Shown: positions 26,305 through 35,484 of the stretch, piece by piece
Numbering within the stretch: position 1 is the stretch's first letter
Layout: each line of letters begins with the position of its first letter
DNA from: Bryobacterales bacterium
GTDB lineage: Bacteria > Acidobacteriota > Terriglobia > Bryobacterales > Bryobacteraceae
Length of the DNA stretch: 64,000 nucleotides
Direction of reading: 5' to 3'
NCBI GenBank assembly: GCA_019261985.1
Contig: JAFAQY010000106.1
Coordinates: forward strand, 22,214-86,213
The notes under the pieces: generated by a model
Told to the model about the DNA's origin: nothing
The model's input: the letters and a program-made list of their open reading frames with translations, nothing else
The model's database searches: none
Translations under genes and position numbers: made by a program

Positions 26305-29300
26305 TCAAAAGCTCAGCCGCCCTGTAACCTGGATCGAGCGGGGGCCCCCGTTTTCCTGCGATTGAACGTTGTTGAGGCTGGAGAATCCCGCTGTACCGAT
26401 ACTGAGATTCGAAGGGACTGCGTAATTGGGGTGGTTAATCGCGTTGGAGGCTGCTGCTCCAATCTGAATCTTCATGCGCTCCTTAACCTGAAATGACTTG
26501 AACAACGAAAGCGAAACGGCCTGTGTTCCGGGCCCGACGACGGCGCCGACGGGCGAATCGCCCGGACGGCCAATGTTGTTCGCCGGCTTTACGAATGCGG
26601 CAGGATTAATCCAGCCGCCAATGCCCTGGTTGGCGGGATAGAGAGGAATGCCGGAAACGATATCGGCGCGTCCCGCTCCGGAGGTGTTCACCGAGTTGTT
26701 GCCGGAAGGATCGGCTCCGGGTGCGATCACGGTCAAGAATGGCCCGGTTTGAAATAGCAACACACCGGAAAGTTCCCAACCCCCAATAAGCGCATCCATG
26801 AAACCGTTCGCGTTGCCGAACAGCATTCGGTTGTGGCCGAAAGGCATTTCATAAAGAAACGTCGTGAGAAAGCGATTCCTGTGAGTGAAAGAGACGTTAC
26901 CGTAATCGAGATTGAGGTTGTAAATATCGGTTACGGTTCCTCCGGCTTGGGTTGCGAATGCCGTGGGGTTGTAGCCTTGTCCATTCGAAAGATTCTTGGC
27001 AAAGGTATAGCTGCTGGCGAATTGCAGGCCGTGCGACATCCGCTTATTGGCCGCGACGGTAAAGGCGTTGTAGTTGCTGCGGGCTCCCGTGCTTTCCTGC
27101 GCAATGTATGCCCACAACGGATAGGCCGAGCCTGCGGCGGCTTTAGCAAAGCCAATCGTATTCGGAGCAACCTGCGCCAGGTTTTGGGTATATCCGATAT
27201 CGGAGCCGTGATTTCCGTCGTAAGTCAGCCGAAGACCGGTGTTAAAGCCCAGCGCTCGCTCAATTGTTAAATTCCACTGCTGCACATACGGGTCGTGATA
27301 ATGGACATCCGCTGAGAGCTGAAAACTCTGCGTGCCTGGTTGCGACAAATTTGCCGGGAAGGGATTCGCCAGCGTTAGCGCCGGAGTCCCGCCTACGATC
27401 GTATTCGTGTAGCTGCCGACGCTGCTTGATTGTACGGCCCATCCGGCGCTCGTGAGGGTTCCCAACATGGCTTCGATAAATCTGCCATATCCGCCGCGAA
27501 TGACTGTTTTGTCATTCCTGAATGGCCGCCAGGCGAAACCTATGCGCGGACCAAAGCTGGTTTTATCTGAATAATGAAGGGTATTGGGTAGACCCGCCTG
27601 GCCGGCGCTCAGGATCGGAGTTGGCGCGATCGATCCGGCAAATACAGAGTCCACTGGCGCGTGGTTAGATACCGCCACTGCTCCGTGCACCGTTACACCG
27701 TTAACGATCGAATAGGAGTCCGGAAGAAATACGGCCATGTTGTTCCAGGCATCGGTAAACGGAGGATGGTACTCCCAGCGCATGCCGTAATTGACGGTGA
27801 GGAACGGACTCACTTTCCAATCGTCTTGGGCAAACACCGCGTAATGGACGGCGCTCCCGTTGGAGTCCGGCGCATCGACGATGCCGACGCCGGTGCGGTC
27901 GGGAATCCCCAGCAGGAAAGCCTGGTACGGATTGAGACCCGTTACGGAGCCGTTAAAAGTGTACTGGCCCGCGCGGTTGCCCGCGAATACATTGCTGAAA
28001 TACGCGGAGAGCCGCCGAATGTCGCCTCCAAATTTGTACGAATGGGAGCCCTTGGTCCAGGTGATATTGTCGATCAATTGCTTGGTTTGAGAACGCGATA
28101 CAGAACTGGCGGTGGAACTGGTTGACTGAAAACCAGTGATAGTGAAGGTGGGGGTAGCGCTGCCCACGGGCGGATCGGGCAAGGGGACGCCAATCGCAGA
28201 GGTTATAGCCGTTGCGTTGATACCGGTACTGGTGATGACACGGGTAGCCGTAATGCCCACCCGCAATTCGTTCACGACCGTGGGCGAGATCACCCAATTG
28301 TGCGCGCCCGTGAAAGCATAATCCATTTCCGGCTGATGCGTACCGCCCGCGAGAATCGTCCCTGTGGAGGATGGTGGATTTGTAATGTCCTTGTACTTAT
28401 ACGTTCCGCGGACGAATAAGGTCTGCTTGGGCGTGATCACCTGGTCGATCCGCGCGTCAGCCTGATTGCTGCTGATCGGCGTGGGAAAATTCACTGCGTA
28501 GTTGTTTGCGATAGCGTTCGCCGGTCCCGTGTTCGGAAGAGGAAACAAATAGTTGAGCGCCGCCAATGAAACCGGCGAAATTTGGCTCAGGGGGATCTGG
28601 CCGAGCTTATAAACCGACAGGTCTCCACTGCGCAACGCCAGCGATGGGACACTTTGGACGATGAACTGCTGGCGCGGCAACTGCAGCCCTTCGTAACTCA
28701 TGAAGAAGAACGTTTTGTCCTTTCCGTGATAGAGACGCGGGAGCACCACCGGTCCACCGAGATACCCGCCATAGTTATTCATATGAATCTGCGAAACTGT
28801 CGCGCTGAAAGGATTGCGGGCGTTCATATCGGTATTTTGAAGATTCTCGTAAACGCCGCCGTGCAGCGAATTCGTTCCGCTTTTGGAAATAGTGGTGATA
28901 TCGCTGACGCCGCCGAACTCAGCGGCATTGTTAATCTGACTAACGCGGATTTCTTCGATAGTTCCGAAGGACGGGAACAATTCAGCGATCGGCGCTTCGC
29001 TTCGCACGCTCATTGTGCTGATGCCGTCAATGGTGATGGAGAGCTGGCTTGGTTTGGTTCCGGCCACCGAAAGAGCACCCGCGCCGTCCGTCTGCACTCC
29101 GGATTGCGTGGTCAGCGTTGAGATCGCGCTAGTCGAGCCAAGCGCGCGCGAACCGATCGCGACCGGAAGATCAACCAGCTCGCGTCCGCTCTTCGTCTCC
29201 GCGATGTTCGAAACTTCCGTCGTGATCACCGCAACATTGGTCGAAGTCACATCGACGGTCTGCACCTGTCCCGCGACTACCAGAGCGCCATCCGCGCGAA

Positions 29301-29616
29301 GAGTCTCGCGCGCGAGCAGCGACAAATTCTTCAGCATAAGGGGTTGAAAACCCGGCGCCTCCAGCACGATCTCATACATTCCCGGCTCGAGATTCACAAT
29401 CGAATAGCTACCTTCTTTGTCCGTCACTACGGACCGTTTCACGCCCGTGCCGGTGTTGGTGACGGTAACGATGCAATCGGCGATCACGGCCCCGGATGGA
29501 TCGCGCACAGAGCCGACGAACGATCCGAAGGTTGATTGCGCCGCCGCAAAAGATACGCAAAGCAAAAGAGTAATAAGGCCGGTGATTACCTGGCGGGAAT
29601 TCTTAGATCTATACAC
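26305..29616 (-). CDS. TonB-dependent receptor with carboxypeptidase-regulatory-like domain (3 of 3)
   Basis: The ORF track starts at a TTG at 29631. The GTG at 29616 is preceded by GGAGGAG 6-8 nt upstream. Sequence shows a signal peptide, FGSFVGSVRDPSGAVIADCIVTVTNTGTG and a C-terminal TGRLSF. Confidence 0.85.
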   Translation of the reverse strand: MYRSKNSRQVITGLITLLLCVSFAAAQSTFGSFVGSVRDPSGAVIADCIVTVTNTGTGVKRSVVTDKEGSYSIVNLEPGMYEIVLEAPGFQPLMLKNLSLLARETLRADGALVVAGQVQTVDVTSTNVAVITTEVSNIAETKSGRELVDLPVAIGSRALGSTSAISTLTTQSGVQTDGAGALSVAGTKPSQLSITIDGISTMSVRSEAPIAELFPSFGTIEEIRVSQINNAAEFGGVSDITTISKSGTNSLHGGVYENLQNTDMNARNPFSATVSQIHMNNYGGYLGGPVVLPRLYHGKDKTFFFMSYEGLQLPRQQFIVQSVPSLALRSGDLSVYKLGQIPLSQISPVSLAALNYLFPLPNTGPANAIANNYAVNFPTPISSNQADARIDQVITPKQTLFVRGTYKYKDITNPPSSTGTILAGGTHQPEMDYAFTGAHNWVISPTVVNELRVGITATRVITSTGINATAITSAIGVPLPDPPVGSATPTFTITGFQSTSSTASSVSRSQTKQLIDNITWTKGSHSYKFGGDIRRLSAYFSNVFAGNRAGQYTFNGSVTGLNPYQAFLLGIPDRTGVGIVDAPDSNGSAVHYAVFAQDDWKVSPFLTVNYGMRWEYHPPFTDAWNNMAVFLPDSYSIVNGVTVHGAVAVSNHAPVDSVFAGSIAPTPILSAGQAGLPNTLHYSDKTSFGPRIGFAWRPFRNDKTVIRGGYGRFIEAMLGTLTSAGWAVQSSSVGSYTNTIVGGTPALTLANPFPANLSQPGTQSFQLSADVHYHDPYVQQWNLTIERALGFNTGLRLTYDGNHGSDIGYTQNLAQVAPNTIGFAKAAAGSAYPLWAYIAQESTGARSNYNAFTVAANKRMSHGLQFASSYTFAKNLSNGQGYNPTAFATQAGGTVTDIYNLNLDYGNVSFTHRNRFLTTFLYEMPFGHNRMLFGNANGFMDALIGGWELSGVLLFQTGPFLTVIAPGADPSGNNSVNTSGAGRADIVSGIPLYPANQGIGGWINPAAFVKPANNIGRPGDSPVGAVVGPGTQAVSLSLFKSFQVKERMKIQIGAAASNAINHPNYAVPSNLSIGTAGFSSLNNVQSQENGGPRSIQVTGRLSF

Positions 29617-30048
29617 GTTACGCTCCTCCAAAGAAGATTTGTTTCCTTCGTGGGTAGCGCGAACGCTGCGCGACGGATACGGTTCGCTAAAAACTGGAAA
29701 AAATCTGTCCCGGCCGGAGGGACATCATTTGGGAGTGACTCAACTCGGTCACCGTTACGTTTTCTCGCATGTGGAGAACGTAAGCTGAATAGTCATTGAT
29801 TCTAACATCCACGGCAAAGAACTTCAATGGCGAACAAATCACTAGATTGAATCATCGCGATAAAAAAGAATTATTGGCGGCACCCAACTTTGTTGGAAAC
29901 AAAAAATGTTTAAAATCCGCGCTGTTCGATTTATACTTGCATGAAGACCCGCGTCGGTCCCGCCTAAGCAGGCTGCTGTCCGCACGTTCCGGCTAAGAGA
30001 ACAACCCCTTCTCTGAGAAATTCTCAATTCCAAATTCGAGGTGAGCCG

Positions 30049-31473
30049 GTGATCCGTTGGATCGTAGCAGCGGGAGTTGCGCTGTGTATCGCAGCCGTAG
30101 GTCAGCCTGGCGGTTTGCCATTCACGATCGAGGCGGTTGAGAACGTGAGTGCCCATTTCCCCGGTGCGCCGAAGCTGCAATCGTTTGCCTGGGCACAGTG
30201 GGATGGCAAGTGGATTTTTATCGGGGGCAGAACCACGGGATACCACGGCGTCGGGGCCGCGGACGCGGATTTTCCCCGCGCCGGCAGCAACGACAGGATC
30301 TGGGTGATCGATCCTTCCTTAGCGAAGACTTACAGCTTCCCGCTGGCGAGTCTGCCCAGCGCCTTGACAGCTGTTAAAGACCAATGGCTATCCAGCAATC
30401 TTCTGTTTTTTCAGGACAAAAGCACGTTATATCTGGCGGGCGGCTACGGAGCGAACTCGAATGGAAAGTTAGTCACGTATCCGGTTCTATCGCGGGTCGA
30501 TCTGCAAGCTCTGGTGAAGGGTGTTGTCGCCGGAACGGATACGTTCTCCGACACGATCCGATGGACCACAAGTACTCTGGTGCAGTCGGCCGGAGGCGAG
30601 TTGCTGAAGCTCGATGACGGTTCGTTTTATCTTGCCGGAGGACACGTGTTCACAGGAAGTTATCGGGATTTCGAAGCGGGGAATGAACAGGAGACGAAAA
30701 CTGCGTCGCAGAAGTACCTGGGGGAGATCCGGAGGCTGAAGTTAACCGATGCGGGTGGGCGCCCGTACGTTGACTTGATCGAGCGCTACGCCGATCCGGA
30801 ATTCGCCCGACGCGATTTAAACGCAGGCCTGATTATCCTTCCCGACGGACACTCTCTCGGCGCGGCAATTTATGGCGGCGTGTTCACGCGAGAGCAGCTC
30901 AATTTTTCGAAGCCCATTTATTGGGACGCCTTTACAAGCCCTCACGTAGATGAGTATGAGCAGAAGATGAGTGCCTATTCCTGTGCCACCGTCCAGATGT
31001 TCGATCCGGATTCGAAAACCATGTACACGACGTTTTTCGGGGGTATCAGCCGGTGGACCTGGGACGAGAAGAAAAGTGTGTTTGTCCAAGCACCATTGGT
31101 GGGCGATAAGACCAAAACCGTTTACCTCGACGGCATGCCGTGGATCGACCAGATTTCTACACTTGCTCGCCATGGCGGCCATAGCGAGGAGTTCGTTCAG
31201 TCTTCTCGTCTGGGCGGATTCGTTGGAGCGAACGCGGCGTTTCTGCCGGTGGCTGGATTGAAAAGAATACGGGCGGATGCGCCGGTTTACGATCTCTCCG
31301 CGCTGCGCGGAAAGCGAACTCTGATTGGTTATATTTACGGCGGCATCCGTGCGTTTCCGCGTGAATTTCCTTATCTCGAAAGCTCGCCTTCCTACAGCGC
31401 AGGGAACGTGCCTACCAAACCGAACGATCTGATTCTGGCCGTGTACATCACGGTCCCGGCATCGCGGCGCTAA
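30049..31473 (+). CDS. Secreted Kelch-like beta-propeller protein (hypothetical)
   Basis: 474-aa ORF with a GTG start and a signal-like N-terminus. Recurring Kelch-like motifs: WIFIGGRTTGYHG, LYLAGGYGAN, FYLAGGHVF, AAIYGGVF, TTFFGGIS, GYIYGGI. Confidence 0.45.
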   Translation: MIRWIVAAGVALCIAAVGQPGGLPFTIEAVENVSAHFPGAPKLQSFAWAQWDGKWIFIGGRTTGYHGVGAADADFPRAGSNDRIWVIDPSLAKTYSFPLASLPSALTAVKDQWLSSNLLFFQDKSTLYLAGGYGANSNGKLVTYPVLSRVDLQALVKGVVAGTDTFSDTIRWTTSTLVQSAGGELLKLDDGSFYLAGGHVFTGSYRDFEAGNEQETKTASQKYLGEIRRLKLTDAGGRPYVDLIERYADPEFARRDLNAGLIILPDGHSLGAAIYGGVFTREQLNFSKPIYWDAFTSPHVDEYEQKMSAYSCATVQMFDPDSKTMYTTFFGGISRWTWDEKKSVFVQAPLVGDKTKTVYLDGMPWIDQISTLARHGGHSEEFVQSSRLGGFVGANAAFLPVAGLKRIRADAPVYDLSALRGKRTLIGYIYGGIRAFPREFPYLESSPSYSAGNVPTKPNDLILAVYITVPASRR

Positions 31474-32189
31474 ACCCCGGCTTCGGAGGCGAGCGCCGCG
31501 CCCAAGAGGTCCGCGTTAACAGACTCGCGGGCACGCAGCACGAACCCCGTCATATTCGCCACCGCGAAGCTGATCCCGTGCAGATTACGCTCGCGCGGCA
31601 TCCCCGGAAGCGAGCGCGGGTAGCCCGAAGCGTAATAACAGCCGTTTTTCAGGTAATAGCGGTCACGCGGGCAATCCCAATCGAGACCCACGCCAATGAC
31701 TCCGGGAAGACTTCCAGGAAGGCACAATTGCCCATTGGCTTCATAGGCCGCAACAATTATCGTTCCCCGCGCGGCAGCGTTTTCTATTAAAGCTCGGAAC
31801 CGGCTCTGGTATTCGAGCTTCAAGGTTCCGAGGCTCAGATTGACGACATCTACGCCTTTTGCCAAGCTCCACTCGATTGCCGCAATAAGAGCCGGCGTTG
31901 AGGTGCGCAGCGAGTTGTGAAACAGTTTTACGGCAAAATAGTCCGCGTCAGGAGCCTTCTCCTGGATTGCGGCCATTACGGCGGTGCCGTGGCCCAGCAT
32001 GTCCACAAACGAATCTTCCTCTAGCTCGCCGGGTCCGAACACCGAAACGCCGCCCGACACGCCCCGGATATGTGGATGGCGAGCGTTCACGCCGCTGTCG
32101 ATGACCGCGGCACGCAGACCACGGCCCGATGCTCCTGGAAAGGGCAGAGCCTGGCTGGCCTCAGGACTGGAGTATGGGGTCGAGGACAT
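31470..32189 (-). CDS. qhpE: Small subtilisin-like serine protease (gamma-leader peptidase type)
   Basis: 239-aa ORF. S8-type catalytic triad contexts AVIDSGVNARHPH (Asp), LGHGTAVMAAI (His) and HGISFAVANMTG (Ser). There is no signal peptide, and the gene overlaps the 3' end of the ABC exporter gene by 29 nt. Confidence 0.7.
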   Translation of the reverse strand: MSSTPYSSPEASQALPFPGASGRGLRAAVIDSGVNARHPHIRGVSGGVSVFGPGELEEDSFVDMLGHGTAVMAAIQEKAPDADYFAVKLFHNSLRTSTPALIAAIEWSLAKGVDVVNLSLGTLKLEYQSRFRALIENAAARGTIIVAAYEANGQLCLPGSLPGVIGVGLDWDCPRDRYYLKNGCYYASGYPRSLPGMPRERNLHGISFAVANMTGFVLRARESVNADLLGAALASEAGV

Positions 32190-33879
32190 GCGTAATCTTC
32201 ATTTGGGTGATTTGGGCGCGCGCAGATTCGATCTCGATCACGCAATCGGCGCTGGCTGCCAATGCCGGGCGGTGGGTGATGACGATCAGTGTCGAACCGG
32301 GCAATGCATCGCGCAGATTTGAAGCCACCAGTCTTTCGGTTTCGGAATCAAGGGCCGATGTGGGCTCGTCAAGAATGAGCACGCGCGGACGGCGCAGCAA
32401 GGCGCGCGCTAGGGCGATCCGTTGCCTTTCGCCGGCGGATAGGGCTAGACCCCGCTCCCCGGTCTTGGTTCCATAGCCTTCGGGAAGCCGTTCGATCAAC
32501 TCGCCCAGACCGGCGGCGCGAGCGGCTTGGTCGATCCGATCATCGCCGGCATCGGGAAGAGCATAGGAGATGTTCTCGCGGATGCTCGTATTGAACAAAT
32601 ACGGCGACTGGTCCACTAGCATCACTTGGCCGCGCAAATCGTCGAGCGAGACCGCTCGTAGATCGTGGCCATCCAGCAGGATTCGCCCACGATCCGGATC
32701 CAGATAGCGGACCAGAAGGTCGGCAAGAGTAGATTTGCCGGCGCCGCTTGGTCCTAAGATGGCGCAGAACGCTCCGGCCGGAATCTCGAGAGAAACATCT
32801 TCAAGAACGGGCTTGCGGTCATATTTGATGGAAACGTTTTCTAGACGAAAATGACCTTGAACCAACGCAAGCCGAGTTGGCGGCTCAGCTTCACGAACCT
32901 CGGCGGGCGTATCGAAAAGCTCGAAAACCCGGCCTAGCGAAACCCGGGCCGAGGCCAGTCCGGACGTCATGCTCATCAGGTTCTGGATGGGGGACAACAG
33001 GCGCATATGGTAGGCCATAAAGGCCACCATCGTGCCGACGGACATGGCGCCATTGATAATCAGCCACCCTCCATAAAGAAACACGGCGGCGGTAGCAGCC
33101 GTTAGAATCGCGCCCGGCAGCGCACCAGTCATAAACGATGCGATTTGCGCGTCGAGCATGGTTCGTACAAAGGCGTCGTTGCGTTCCTTAAAACGCGCCG
33201 TCTCGTGCTTATTGGCGCGGAGCGAAACAACAACCCGCATGCCCAGAATCGTCTCCACAAACAAACTGCCCAGATCCGCGCTGCGTTCCCGCAGGGCCTT
33301 CGTGAAGGCAGTGAGCTTACGCTGATACCGGCGGAAGGTGTAAAGGCAAGCAGGAATAAAAACGACACTTACAAAGAATAGGCGCCAGTTCAGCAACAGC
33401 ATCATGAAAATGCTGCCGAACAGAAAGACAACGTTCGAAAGGACGGAAAGCAGCGTATCGGCCGATACGCGCTGTATCTCGCCGACATCGTTGTTCAGGC
33501 GGGACATCAGATCGCCAAGCCTGAAGCCGGCGTAAAACCGGGGCGATAGCGTCTGCAAATGACGGAACAGAGCCAGCCGCATATCGAAGAGCATCGCGGC
33601 CGAGACCTTTACATAGCGGTAGCTCGAAAGAATATTGAGGAGAAAACTCAACACGCTCGCGCCGAACATTAAACCCGCCACGCGAACCAGAGCGTGCATG
33701 TCGCGCTTCAAAAGCGCGCTGTCGATAAGGAGCTTGGAGATGTACGGCTGAACCAATCCCAGGCACGTGGCAGCGAGACTGATCGCGAGGATCAGGACCA
33801 GCCGCCCCGTGTAGGGATGAAGAAAAACCCAAAGTCTGCGCCAATGGCGCCATTGGGCTACGCCTGCGCCGGCTTCCAT
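32161..33879 (-). CDS. qhpF: ABC exporter with fused permease and ATPase (gamma-subunit exporter type)
   Basis: 572-aa ORF. Six-helix TMD, then Walker A GPSGAGKST, signature LSAGERQR and Walker B LILDEPTS. Lies directly downstream of qhpB of locus 2. Confidence 0.75.
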   Translation of the reverse strand: MEAGAGVAQWRHWRRLWVFLHPYTGRLVLILAISLAATCLGLVQPYISKLLIDSALLKRDMHALVRVAGLMFGASVLSFLLNILSSYRYVKVSAAMLFDMRLALFRHLQTLSPRFYAGFRLGDLMSRLNNDVGEIQRVSADTLLSVLSNVVFLFGSIFMMLLLNWRLFFVSVVFIPACLYTFRRYQRKLTAFTKALRERSADLGSLFVETILGMRVVVSLRANKHETARFKERNDAFVRTMLDAQIASFMTGALPGAILTAATAAVFLYGGWLIINGAMSVGTMVAFMAYHMRLLSPIQNLMSMTSGLASARVSLGRVFELFDTPAEVREAEPPTRLALVQGHFRLENVSIKYDRKPVLEDVSLEIPAGAFCAILGPSGAGKSTLADLLVRYLDPDRGRILLDGHDLRAVSLDDLRGQVMLVDQSPYLFNTSIRENISYALPDAGDDRIDQAARAAGLGELIERLPEGYGTKTGERGLALSAGERQRIALARALLRRPRVLILDEPTSALDSETERLVASNLRDALPGSTLIVITHRPALAASADCVIEIESARAQITQMKITHVLDPILQS

Positions 33880-33991
33880 TTAGCTTGTCCCGAGAACTGT
33901 ATCCAAACTCGGGCGGACGCCCAGGCCCGCGCCGGAATCCACATAGGCCCGCGGTCCATGGGGACCACCCCACAGGGTATGAGATCGAACA

Positions 33992-35110
33992 TCAGCTACC
34001 TGATAACGTTATCAGATTTGTGGTGGTGTCTTTGTTGAGGTACAGCAGCTTGGTGGATTTCAACGTTTTCGTATCGTAGAACTCGATCGTCGAACCGCCG
34101 CCATACACCAGCAGCTTCGATCCGTCGCTGCTGATCGAAAAACGGAAGTTTACGCGAGCGGGAAGAAACTCTCTCTTGATCACCTTATGCGCGGCAACGT
34201 CCCATACCCACCACTCCGTAACGCGATTCGCGCCCGTGTTGTACACCATTAGCGAATAGCCGAGCTTACGGTCGGGTGAAAGAGCAAAACCCACCATCGG
34301 GAAAGCCGGCCCCAGCGGTGTGTATTCCACCTTCTTGGTTGCCAAATCGATTGTGGCCATGCCGATCGTCTGTTTGTGAACGGCTGCATCCACCGAGGTG
34401 AACACGTTCGTCACAGTCCCGGCAGCGTCGTTTGGATCGTCGTTCGCGGCCAGCCGGTAGGGAGATGCGCCCGGGTACTCCGGCTTCGCCAGTTCGATAC
34501 GGTCGACTTCATGAAGATCGCTCAAATCGAAGACGACGACGTCGTCATCGAATACATACAGTAGCTTGCCGTCGGGCGAAATCTTGTAAGTCGCGCCGAA
34601 ACCAAAGCCATCGTCGTACCCTTTGGGGAAGGGCATTGACTGAACGATCTTTTTATCCTGCAGGTCGATTTTCACGAATATCGGAGGATCGTTCCGATAT
34701 TGGTCGATCTCTTTAACGGTTACCTTCATCGTGGTGTACACGTACCGTCCTGCTGGATCGACCGCGAGGCCGGAAAAGTTGCGGCCGCCCGCCCGCAACA
34801 TGCGCGGAATGCTCTTTCCATCCGAGAGCGGAAAACTGCTGACAATCTGGCGCGAAGCGAGATCGACCGTCTCGAAATCGAGTTGCGTGGTGACCAGGTG
34901 AAGCTTGGTTTTATCCGCGGATAAGACTGTGGTGCGGGGAATGCCGCCAAGCGGGATTTCACCAACGATATCGCCCGTGCTCTCGTTAATGATGAGAAGT
35001 TTCTTATCGAGCGTTCCGACATACATCAAGCCCTTTAAGCTCGCTGGCGTTTGCCCCAAGCACAAGGCCGAGGCCAAAACGACGGTTCCAAACAATCGCG
35101 TGACTCCCAT
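33992..35110 (-). CDS. qhpB: QHNDH beta subunit-like beta-propeller (locus 2)
   Basis: 372-aa ORF with a signal peptide. Alignable along its length with 20205-21299 (for example LHLVTTQLDFETVDLASRQIV against the locus 1 equivalent). Starts 15 nt after the qhpC stop. Confidence 0.7.
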   Translation of the reverse strand: MGVTRLFGTVVLASALCLGQTPASLKGLMYVGTLDKKLLIINESTGDIVGEIPLGGIPRTTVLSADKTKLHLVTTQLDFETVDLASRQIVSSFPLSDGKSIPRMLRAGGRNFSGLAVDPAGRYVYTTMKVTVKEIDQYRNDPPIFVKIDLQDKKIVQSMPFPKGYDDGFGFGATYKISPDGKLLYVFDDDVVVFDLSDLHEVDRIELAKPEYPGASPYRLAANDDPNDAAGTVTNVFTSVDAAVHKQTIGMATIDLATKKVEYTPLGPAFPMVGFALSPDRKLGYSLMVYNTGANRVTEWWVWDVAAHKVIKREFLPARVNFRFSISSDGSKLLVYGGGSTIEFYDTKTLKSTKLLYLNKDTTTNLITLSGS

Positions 35111-35125
35111 CTGTGTTGCCTCTCG

Positions 35126-35473
35126 TTACGGATAAACGACATCCACGTTGCGCCAATCGTTGACGGCTGCGCTGCACTTGTCCGTCCACGAAGGATTGTT
35201 GCTGACATGATCCGGAACTTGCGCGGGCCAGGCACAGCCTAGATAGCAGTCAAAGAGATCCCGCTCCACGGGCTGGCACAGGCCTGCCGTTCCGCCCGAA
35301 ACATCCACTTCCCAGCCGGGGTTAAACGAGAGCGTGCATCCCAGCGGGTAGTAAACGCGCCCGGATTTGGAAGCGTCGGACTCTTGTTGCAGCGCCTGCA
35401 CATCGCCCAATTCGGCGAAGCGTACCCGCTCCATGTTGCGAGCCTTCTGATTAAACGGTTGCAGCGATTTCAT
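35126..35473 (-). CDS. qhpC: QHNDH gamma subunit precursor, locus 2
   Basis: The ORF track extends to 35581. The start is placed at the ATG at 35473, with an AAGGA sequence 6 nt upstream and 11 nt after the qhpD stop. The core GCTLSFNPGWEVDVSGGTAGLCQPVERDLFDCYLGCAWPAQVPD...DWRNVDVVYP has all canonical crosslink residues. Confidence 0.8.
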   Translation of the reverse strand: MKSLQPFNQKARNMERVRFAELGDVQALQQESDASKSGRVYYPLGCTLSFNPGWEVDVSGGTAGLCQPVERDLFDCYLGCAWPAQVPDHVSNNPSWTDKCSAAVNDWRNVDVVYP

Positions 35474-35484
35474 GAGTGGTCCTT

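Noticed and set aside
29745-29770. Possible third copy of the TAACGGTG palindromic element upstream of the third TonB receptor (CGAGAAAACGTAACGGTGACC on the reverse strand).
   Set aside because: Only one half-site and the CGAG prefix match. The spacing to the start codon (about 130 nt) differs, and no matching promoter architecture follows. It is too weak to call.
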